From Bugula neritina (Eukaryota > Animalia > Bryozoa), in contig OZ037768.1 of the NCBI GenBank assembly GCA_964035545.1, positions 24,151,319 to 24,215,318 on the forward strand: a stretch of DNA of 64,000 nt, given 5' to 3'. Below are positions 50,801 to 61,200 of the stretch, one piece after another. Made by a program: the position numbers and the translations under genes. The notes beneath the pieces were generated by a model. It was not told where the DNA came from. It saw only the letters and a list, made by a program, of their open reading frames with translations, and searched no databases. The first letter of the stretch is position 1. Each line of letters opens with the position of its first letter.

Positions 50801-51183
50801 GAAAAAGCTTCTCCTGGCTGAGGGAAAGGATCCTTCTGAACAGAGCAAGAAGTCCTCTTCAGGTTTGACCTTCACCTTCCTGTCTCTATGACCTACGTCT
50901 GCACTCACATCGCTGTTGGCGTCTTCATTCATGTTTGACAACTTACAACAAAAAAGCTTAAGAACATTGTTATTATAAAAGCTTAGATTAGTAACAACTT
51001 AGTAAGTTTTGTAGCTTTGAGTTTAGCTTTAAATCTGTTCAAGTGCTGTGTATGATAGGATTTTGAATTCAACTTATTGCAAGAAAATTTAGTTTCAATT
51101 TATAATTGATAAACAGAGTGTCTGTTCTTTAATGTCAACATAGCCTGTGATTCTACTATGCAGGTAAAAAGAAGAAAAAGTAG
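41824..51183 (+). CDS. MARS1: Cytoplasmic methionyl-tRNA synthetase (GST-like N-term, class I catalytic core, C-terminal WHEP), 18 exons
   Basis: Exons 41824-41920, 42287-42356, 42653-42722, 42989-43166, 43365-43480, 44811-44968, 45118-45275, 45785-45947, 46209-46298, 46419-46605, 47111-47376, 47803-47920, 48326-48666, 49330-49465, 49569-49726, 50018-50173, 50718-50862, 51164-51183. Motifs [32 protein letters not shown]...[34 protein letters not shown]; [13 protein letters not shown]; ends GKKKKK*. Confidence 0.97.
41916..42157. repeat. 38-bp repeat x~6 spanning the MARS1 exon 1 donor
   Basis: Unit TGAGGGG|GTGTGTCTATAGGAAGTATTATATAGAGTGG; the first copy is the real TGAGG|GTACGTCTATAGG. Confidence 0.93.
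43484..44803. repeat. (GA)n(TA)n compound repeat filling MARS1 intron 5, split by a LINE
   Basis: GAGAGTATATATA-type units run from the donor (43480) to the acceptor (44810). Confidence 0.93.
43600..44277 (+). mobile_element. 5'-truncated RTE-like LINE (RT C-terminal part), pseudogenised
   Basis: [59 protein letters not shown]...[15 protein letters not shown]; stop at 43780 and frameshift near 43812; short (AATG)3 tail. Confidence 0.9.
45250..45752. repeat. 31-bp repeat x~16 spanning the MARS1 exon 7 end plus donor
   Basis: Unit GGGGTACAACTCCTTATATATCTGTG|GTAAG; the first copy is coding (GYNSLYICG). Confidence 0.97.
46868..47073. repeat. 21-bp repeat x~9 upstream of MARS1 acceptor 47110
   Basis: Unit GAGTGAGACTGAGTGAGTAGA. 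Confidence 0.9.
47411..47581. repeat. Degenerate (CTAA)n repeat downstream of donor 47376
   Basis: TAACTAACTACTAACTAACTAGC-type runs. Confidence 0.85.
48863..49309. repeat. 19-bp minisatellite, ~23 copies, ending 20 nt before MARS1 acceptor 49329
   Basis: Unit TTGCAGACGTGTCTATTAG. Confidence 0.95.
50186..50582. repeat. 11/14-bp composite minisatellite starting 13 nt after MARS1 donor 50173
   Basis: GAGTAGCACA(T/C) and GAGTAGTACAT units. Confidence 0.93.
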
Positions 51184-52291
51184 TCACCTCTTCTCCTGCC
51201 ATACAACTGTGGATTCTCAGACTATAGGGATATCCCCAGCAGACGTCTGCAGCTAGTAACTATGGTAACAGTGTATCACAAAGGATGGTATAACATTACA
51301 AATAGATCTTCTAGTGACTTGCAATAGTTTATGATTATATAATCTTTTGTTTGGCTTTCCCTGTAGATGTTTACAGCTTGCTGGCATTTTACTGTTAGAT
51401 AAATTAATCTGCCATAGTGATACCTGTAGTAATCAACCTGGAATATACTTCGCGAATAGTTATTTTTCAGGTAATGCTTAACTAGGAAATTATTGTTTAA
51501 CTTATTAATATGGTTGTTTAGTTTCTATTTTCTTTTCATGGACTGCATTGACTACAATCTGTATGGAAATACTTTCAGCTCTCCCCCAAAGTTGCAATTT
51601 AAGATAATAGAATGTATATCTTGATGTAATCATTATATTGCATAATGTATTATATAGTAATATATAATATTATGCAATATGCTATTATATATGGTAATAC
51701 GTTGCATAATATTATATAACAAAGTATGTGAAATCATTAACTAGGAATCAAATAATTTTATGTTTCACTCACTGAGATTTGTTATGCTGTTCAACAGTAT
51801 ATTTTCAATTGTTTAATGACCTTAAATATTTTTGAAACAATAAATTAGTTCCTTTTAAATCTTTCATGCTTTTAGTTCAACAAGAAAGTTGTTGAGTAAG
51901 ATACAACTTCACCAGTCATACATTTACCAAATAAATACTTGAGACTTTTAAAATAATTGCAGCTTTTTTTAGTAGAGATGAATGATTATTGCAGCATTTG
52001 CTTGTGTCAACATTATGACTAGTATAAACTACTGCACTGTGTATTATAAGAGGTTGACACATGAACTCCCATATGGATACTAATACTCTGATATATAAAT
52101 ACTGACAATAGAGCTCTATGCTATGTCTGTAAGAGTTATTTCCCCAGTTTGTTGACCTGTTGACACAACTCCTGAATTCTAATAATTCAACGCTATTACA
52201 TAGCACATCATGTTGATTGTAATACAATCAGTTACATGTGCAGCAAAGTTTCTCCTTTTCATTGTTGGACTGTGCGTTTTCATTCTACAAC

Positions 52292-55200
52292 ATGGCGTCC
52301 TCAAGTCCTACAAAGAGCAACCTAGAACATTGTTTCACAACTCTGGCTAATCGCCAATCGAGATACAAGGGGAAATCAAACATGGCGCAATCATCTCAGG
52401 CGCTTGACGAACCGGCCACCAAAATCTCGCAGTTTCTGGGCAGTCAGCCTACCGAGCAACAACTCTCGAAAACTCTTGACCAGTACAAAGCCTTTGTCCT
52501 AGAGTTGGCCACGAGGTCATGTGACACCCGACCCGCTGAACTCGCGTGGAAACCGGGTGCACAGGCTAAACGACAAGCCAAGCAGAAGTTCAAAGATGTG
52601 AAAGCTCAGCAGCCAATTATAGGGAAGGTTCTGGAATCATATCGAATGGCCGTGAGCTGTTTAGAAGACGCCCTCAGCCGTCAGAAGCAGAAGAATAACC
52701 AGAGGCTAGCCAACTTCAAAGAAGTGGCTAAAGTTGTGTCCACTAATATGGGCATTATGTTTGAGGAAGTTTGTGGCGTCAAAAAGGTGGGAATCGTTCA
52801 CAAGTATCGGTAAAATAGTGGAAGAGCTGTGAAGAAATTACTTTGTATAGTATACTCATAATATGTGTAGTATTTTAGGAGTTGTTTTCTCTACTCTGTT
52901 TTAGCAGAAGGACAGACGACCCTTACCAGCAATTCGACTGCGTCAGCATCTAGAAAAGTAAGTGACTAGAAAGATTAGACCAAACATTATAAAACTTTTC
53001 TCTGTCACCTTGTGCACTCGGTTTAAAAGTAGTCCCCGTTTTCACATATTTCATATTCTAAGATGGTTATATATAGTTTACACTCATGATTTAAGCTGCT
53101 GGGTTACATAGTGATAGGTTATATTTTTCTCTTCATGCACACAACTTGCTGAAGACAAATTTTTAAACCTTTTGGCCTACAGAAACCGTAGCCCCACATC
53201 CAGCACATCTATGTTCAGTCACACGGGTGGACAGTCGGCCCCTCAACCCTCCCCCGTCTTTGATAGAGAAAGTCGGGAAGGGAGGGAGGCTAGACGCAGC
53301 GCTAGAGAGATGGGTCTACAGCAGCAGGATAACACAGAGTCTGGTATATCCGCATTTCCTGTCGCCTCCTGGATCTCTCAACTCTCACAAGAAAGTCATT
53401 CGCGGTTAGACAGGAAACTTTATACGTTTCTTTTACTCTTGAAACAAGTATCTGAAAATTATATGTTTTTTGAGTTATTTTTTTTCAGTTTTTGATAAAC
53501 CTAAATTTCTTCCATAACAAAGTTTTATGTTTTCAAGACGTTTAGTTTGATATTTGAGCTGGATACGCTTGAGTTTGATAGTTTTATTTGCTTAGTTGTG
53601 GTAAGTATTATCTTTCGACTTTTCTGGCTGAAATTCAAGCAAAAATTTCCTAATAATATTTAATTGGTATGTTGAGCAGAATTTCAAAATTGGTTTGCTG
53701 GTTTCTCTGTTAGAAATATTGAAGACACAAGTCCACATACATCTGTGTCACAGGAAGTTATAAATGCTAATAGTAATGGATCTGCTAAATCTCGGTGAGA
53801 CAACTCCTCATTTCTTGTATTCTGTCAGATTTCCGGTTTAACACATCTGAATGATTGACTCTCACTATGAAAATATTAGCACTTCATAAGTTAGTAGAAT
53901 ATTCTAGATCTAATGTAGTGAACATGTAATAACGGAAATAATTTGAGTTGCTAATCTTTCAATCTTATTCATGAGAAACGACATGCAAAATGCTCAATAC
54001 CGAACTGCTTCACAACCTGGCCGAGGCAGTGATCACGATATACTACATGCTGGATCCACCCCTAGAACTAGGTCTGTTCCCTCTTCTCCTCGTCATGACA
54101 CATCCACTCCTAGCAAGAAGAGTGCTTCTAAAACCTTTTCAGTATGTTATCATATATTTCTTTATATACCTCAGTATGTTATCATATATCCCTACATATA
54201 TCTCAGTATGTTATCATATATCCCTTCATATATCTCAGTATGTTATCATATATCCCTTCATATATCTCAGTATGTTATCATATATCCCTTCATATATCTC
54301 AGTATGTTATCATATATCCCTTCATATATCTCAGTATGTTATCATATATCCCTTCATATATCTCAGTATGTTATCATATATCCCTTCATATATCTCAGTA
54401 TGTTATCATATATCCCTTCATATATCTCAGTATGTTATCATATATCCCTTCATATATCTCAGTATGTTATCATATATTTCTTTATAGCCACATGCCTTCA
54501 TTTCCACATGGTTTTTTTCTATAATTTCTACAGACTACACATTCTACTCTACTCTTTCTACACTCTCTATCTACTCTCTATCTATTCTCTCTACACTCTT
54601 TCTACACACTTTGTTTATTTTTATCTCTTGTTCTATTATTAGCTGCACCGGCCCAGGTCTAGCCCGGCCAGCCAACAGCAACACTATGTACCAGACTGGC
54701 AGGTGTGTATGTCCAACTTCCTCCCACAATGCACTTGGTGGTTCATAGAATATATTACCACAAGTTTATAGAATATATCACAAGTTTATAGAATATATTA
54801 CTATAAGTTTATAGAATATATCACAAGTTTATAGAATATATTACCACAAGTTTATAGAATATATCACAAGTTTATAGAATATATCATAAGTTTATAGAAT
54901 ATATTACCACAAGTTTATAGAATATATCATAAGTTTATAGAGTATATCGTCTCTTCCAGTCTCCACCGAATCAGTTCCAGGATCTTCCATTTACGGTGAA
55001 CGAAGCTGTAGTTCATAAGACCTCAACAGCTCATTGGGTGAGCATTACTAACAACAAATGTGATTGGCTAAATGTTTACTTTGTAGTACTAACAATGAAT
55101 ATCATTGGCTAAAAGTATATAACAGCAAATATGATTGGCTGAAGACATACTCTGTTATATCAAGTAATAATCAGCTGTTTTATTTCACATGTTGGATGAG

Positions 55201-58200
55201 CAGCAGCAAGCTGCAGTGACAGGCAGACCTGAGTCTAAACAAGCCCTCATTTCGGGGACGCCTCCTGTGCCTTCCATACTTCGGTCTTCTGTAGCTAAGC
55301 AGAAGGTTAGTTCTATTAGTATTAAATTATTCGTCCAATCATTGCTGTTCATTTATTCACTGCATGTCGTTACTTAGTATGTAGCACTTGTAGACACCTG
55401 CCATACCTGACAGAAATTACCATGTAGGTATATGCTAGTGTATACTTCTTATACTTGTTACAACCTGAAACACAGAGTAACCTTGACATTGTATTAGCAA
55501 TTAGTAATTACTATTTATATTGTAGATTAGTATATACTATTTATATTGTAGATTAGTGTATACTATTTATATTGTAGATTAGTATATACTATTTATATTG
55601 TAGATTAGTATATACTATTTATATTGTAGATTAGTGTATACTATTTATATTGTAGATTAGTATATACTATTTATATTGTAGATTAGTGTATACTATTTAT
55701 ATTGTAGATTAGTGTATACTATTTATATTGTAGATTAGTATATACTATTTATATTGTAGATTAGTATATACTATTTATATTGTAGATTAGTATATACTAT
55801 TTATATTGTAGATTAGTATATACTATTTATATTGTAGATTAGTGTATACTATTTATATTGTAGATTAGTGTATACTATTTATATTGTAGATTAGTGTATA
55901 CTATTTATATTGTAGATTAGTGTATACTATGTATATTGTAGATTAGTATATACTATTTATATTGTAGATTAGTATATACTATTTATATTGTAGATTAGTG
56001 TATACTATTTATATTGTAGAGCACCAACTTTGTGGAAGTTCGCAAACCTGTATCCACATATGAAGGTAATTTTTACCTCTTTCCTTCATTTTCTAACTTT
56101 AGATTGGATTCATGGTTCAAACATTTCAGAGTTCAAATAAGTGAAACACATTTTTCCTAATTTAAATTATTTTGTTACCCATTGAGTGTTGATTTTAAAA
56201 TTTATTTAATTTTTCAAGTGTTGAAAATTTTATCTATGCATGCTTGTGGAGTGTGTGGCGTGTATAGTGTGTCTGTGTGTGGAGTTATGTCCCCATGATT
56301 TATTCCCTCCGTCTGCAGCCATTGGACCCCCTCAGAGTCCGTCTTCTCCAATCAGAGCAGAGCAAAAGATCTCCTTCGCCGTCCCCACTCCGAGCCAACC
56401 CTCCACCGAGGAGAACTCTTCTAGCTGCGACACTTCTCAACCCCCCTGGGTGGCGACTACACTGACGTCTACAGATGTAGCTTCGTCAATGAGGTCTCCT
56501 TGTCTTCACAGGTAACTTGTACAGTGTTTGTGAAGAGATCTATTAGATGTACTGTGTTTGTGAAGAGATCTATTAGATGTACTGCGTTTGGTCTCTCAGA
56601 GAGTTTCTATTTGTGTTATTCTGTATAACCCGAGGAATTTTGTATAGCCTGAGAATCACTAATGGCTTAGACTTCATACACATTCACGGGAAAACATTCT
56701 ATGATGTAGAATTTTTAATCATGTTTAATGCACTTAGGGAAACTTTTGTCATTCTATCTCGTGGAATCAGTACTGTGGTACCTCTGTGATGATTTAAAGT
56801 AATTTGATCTGCCGCAGACGTGATGATGTAATACTTTACATTACAGTGATACATCAGAGTCTAGTTGCAGCAGTTCTGAGGAAGACACGCCCACCAGTCA
56901 GGTCAAGGCCAGCAGCTCTGCCAGTGGTATCAATATGAGCATTCAGTTGTGCTCTCCTGGGAAAGTCCTTCGTCAGGACCCTTGTGGGGTGTCCCAGGGG
57001 GGTAACAATTCACCTGACCTGGCCCATGGCTCACCTGGCCTGGCCCATGGCTCACCTGGCCTGGTCCATGGCTCACCCCGTAGAGCCTACAGCCCGGCCC
57101 ACAAGTCCCAGAGTCCGACTCATGAAGCCAATGTCCAGAGAGGGATGCAGTATTGTGTTCCCCTGGATAACCACGGTGCCCCCTCGTGGGCAGACGACAG
57201 AAAAGGTTTCCAGACTTCGCCAACAGAGAACTACCCCAGGAGTTGTCGTGTCCTGTCACCGTCCAGGAATCTGGTGGGTTGAGTATTACTATAGTTTGCT
57301 GGATGCCATTTACATGAACCTTGACTTTTGAAATATTAGTATATGCTATCACTACTGTGTTACAGAGTAATGGTGGGACAGGCAGTAAGAATATGTCACC
57401 TTCACCAAGACATCCCCAACCACCTGCTCCACCTGCCACCGGTCTCTTATCTGCTCCCAGTGTCAGCTATTCAGCGTACCAGCAGGTGCTTGAGGAGAAT
57501 CAACGGCTGTGTGACATTGTGGCTGAAAAAGGTACTGCTTTGTTTAATTGCAAATTACTGAATAAGTACTACATTTTTGATGTAATAGTTGCCAAATTTG
57601 TTCTAAATTAAATGAAATAAGCTCTATAATTCATAATTTAATAATTTAAAGACTAAAATTTAAAACAAAAAGTGAGAGTTTTTGTTTAAATATTTGAAAG
57701 CATTGAAATGAAAGTACATAAAGCAAAGAGTGGAGTTGCGTCTCCTTGTAGACTGTGAACTAGAGAGACTGCATAGAGAGAATACGTTCAGGTATGAGCG
57801 TCTCGCCGATCAGCTGAAGACAACCAACGATAAACTCACCAGCAAATGCCAAGAGTTCTGGGCAACTCGCAATCAACTGGAGAAAACTAAAGATCAGCTG
57901 GCATTGTGTGAGGGGCGACTTGTGTCGGCCCACAATGAGCTGAGTGGGTGTAGAGAGGTGGGAGCTTAGGCTAAGTCATGTGATTATTAGTATAGAGTCA
58001 TGTGACTTGGTATGTGGCGTGTTTTAGGGTGGAACTAGCTATAATATACCCAGTCTGTTGTATACAATGAGAAACACGCATCTTCTGCTTGCTCTATATA
58101 GCATGTGTTGTGTTGAACTCTAAGACATCATTGTACACTTTGTTAGGAGTTGGAAAGTTCTAGAATGAGCAGAAAATCTTACGACTCCGCAGCCAGCTGT

Positions 58201-61200
58201 GAGATTCAAAGACTGACCAATCAGTTGGTGTGTACCTCATTTATTACTCACTCCATTAGAACCTGTACTGTAAAACACTCTGCTATTGGTCTATTTGACA
58301 TGTGCTTTGCTGTGATAGGCCCAAGTTAGCAGTAAGAGAAGAGACATGGACAATGTCCTCGCCACCTGTAAGAGTGAGTTGAAGATGGCAGAGAATTCGG
58401 TACAGAGACTGACGGCTGAGAGAGAGACCTTGACCCGAGAGAAAACTCGGTTGTCTCAGGAACTGCAGGATGTAAGTGTGACAGTCCGTCCTTTCCCAGA
58501 GCTCAGATATGACTTGGGGATCCCAGGCTACTCTGTAGTCACACAGGCTACCCTGTAGTCACACAGGCTACCCTGTAGTCACACAGGCTACCCTGTAGTC
58601 ACACAGGCTACCTTGTAGTCACACAAGCTACCCTGTAGTCACACAGGCTACTCTGTAGTCACACAGGCTACCTTGTAGTCACACATAGACTCTAGTGTTG
58701 ATTTATAAACTTGCCTTTTTGGTCCCTTTTGAACTTTTTCTCTTCCAACGAAATGTTTTCTATTTTTCTGCCTAACTATAAACATCAAGAATTTTCTATT
58801 TGCTTGTTTTCTAATAAACTGTTTTTTATGCTGAATGCCATTTTAACCATGTTCGCTACTCGTCAGTGGTTGCACCTCGAGTTGTATTATGTTAACAGTT
58901 GAAGTATGAAAAGTCAAAGTATGAGGAGAGGTGTCAAGGTTACGAGGCAAACTATAGAGGTCTAGAGCAGAAACATCAGGCAATGAGGTCTCAGTGTGAT
59001 AGTTTACAGACAGAGCTCGTAGGGTACAGGAGAAAGGAACAGAGACAAGTAAGTTGCAGTGATTTAATACCTGGCTTAGTACTTGATTCAAGTTGTTTAC
59101 TACTCGCTCATTACTTAATTCAAGTTGTTCACTGTCTCTCACTTACTTGACTTGAGCTACTCAAAACATGACTTGAGTTATTCAATACTGGACTTAAGTC
59201 ACCATGCTCATCATCGAGATACTAATTTATCTTTCCAGAAGGACAATTCATCGGGAGAAACGAGTCATCTGCAAGACCGAGTCTTAAATCTAGAGAAACA
59301 GAACGCCGACCTAATCAACAATTTAGCGAGTGCAAATAAGATAGCCAATGAGGAGAGAGTGAGGGCTGAGAGAGAGGCTGAGAAGGCGGAGATAGAGCGA
59401 GTAAAGTGTGGCGAGATAAGGGATAGGTCCTCACAGGAGAGAGTGCTGATGGACGCCGATCGGCGACGACTAGAAAAGTTTGAGAGAACTAACAGAGATT
59501 TGCTGACGGAGAAGCAGAAGGTTGATCAGGCTAACGTCCAGCTGCAGGAGGTTCATAATATGATTATATGGTTTATATTATCATATGTTACATCACTGTA
59601 ATATTTAGTTATGTTACTGTGTATCATATTATGTAGTATTATAGTCTATTATTGTATGTATATGTATGTATGAATATATTATATAATGTATTACATAACA
59701 TAACATTACTGTATGCTATGTAATATTCTACTATATGAATATGCGTTGCCGTAGCAACTGAAGGAGTTGACGGAGAAGTACACGAGTCTGGAGAATGATT
59801 TCAGTGCCATGAGGAAACAGATAAGTGACGTCGGACTTGGGCTGAACGACTCCGCTGAAAAATCAGAGCCGTCCTCGTCTCTCACGGCCACGCCCTGCAC
59901 CGAGTGTGCTGCCACTAACAGGGTCACTGTTGAAGATCTCAAGTTTATTATTGAGACTTTCTCCGAACGGTAATATTTCTATTGGACAATGAAGAATTGA
60001 TATTGCTATTGTTATTTTTTATTGGACAATAAAAACTTGATATTGCTATTGTTCTTTTCTATTGGTTAATAAAGAATTGATGTTACTATTGCTATTTTTG
60101 ATTAGCCAATAAAGAATTAATGTTAGTATCGCTGTTGTATGTTGGCTTACAGAGATTCTGAGGACAGCGGGACTTCCTGTCGAGAATGTATCAGGAAAGA
60201 CGCAGAGTTTAAACGTTTAGAAGAAAGACTGACTGGTCTGTATAAGAAGGGAAGGTTAGTTGGTCACTCTCACTCTACTTTACTATAGTTATTAGTACTG
60301 TGTGATGTACTTCCTGTTCTTCTGGAGTGTTTCTACTGAGTCATTACAGATACAGTCTGTAACTACTACTGCATACGTCTGTAACTACTACTGCATACGT
60401 CTGTAACTACTACTGCATACGTCTGTAACTACTACTGCATACGTCTGTAACTACTACTGCATACGTCTGTAACTACTACTGCATACCTCTGTAACTACTA
60501 CTGCATACGTCTGTAACTACTACTGCATACGTCTGTATTTCAATCCGTCTGTGAAACCATATAATAGCCAAGTATTTGTAATATCTAGGTTAATGGTTGC
60601 CCTCAGGTATGCTTATTTTATATCTTGTTTATTTGTTTCTATTTTTATTTGTTGTGATAAGTTTTAGTAAAGGATTTGTTGGTAACAGATAAGATAACTC
60701 CAATGTTCTCAGTTTGTATTCAAATAGAGGGTTGACCAGTAAGTGTGCAGTCAGTCATAGTGTATTTCCTGTGTTTAGTAGCAGCAAAGTGACTGGGAAT
60801 CCTGCAGACGACGAATGTGACTTCCTGAGACATGAAAATGACAGACTTCACTCAGAACTTGAGAATGTTCTAGAAGAACTGAAAACCTTGAAGTCTGGTT
60901 CACCGGGTAGATCAGAGTGAGTCACTTTGTTCAGATCGATCTGATTTGATAAGTAAAGCATCTGATTGGGTGATATTCAGTGAGCAGAGTATTTGATTGG
61001 ATACTTTTGTGTAAGCAAACTTCGGATTGGACAATATTGCTATACATTCACTAGTGAAGAGAAAGATGCAGAACTGAAGTCTGTCAAGAAGGAGAATGAC
61101 AGACTGAACAAAGAGTTGCAGAAGTCTATGGCTGAAGTTAACCAGCTGAGGTCTGGGTATGTGGGCGGCGCTTTCAGTTCACTGAAATCTCAGTGTGGGC

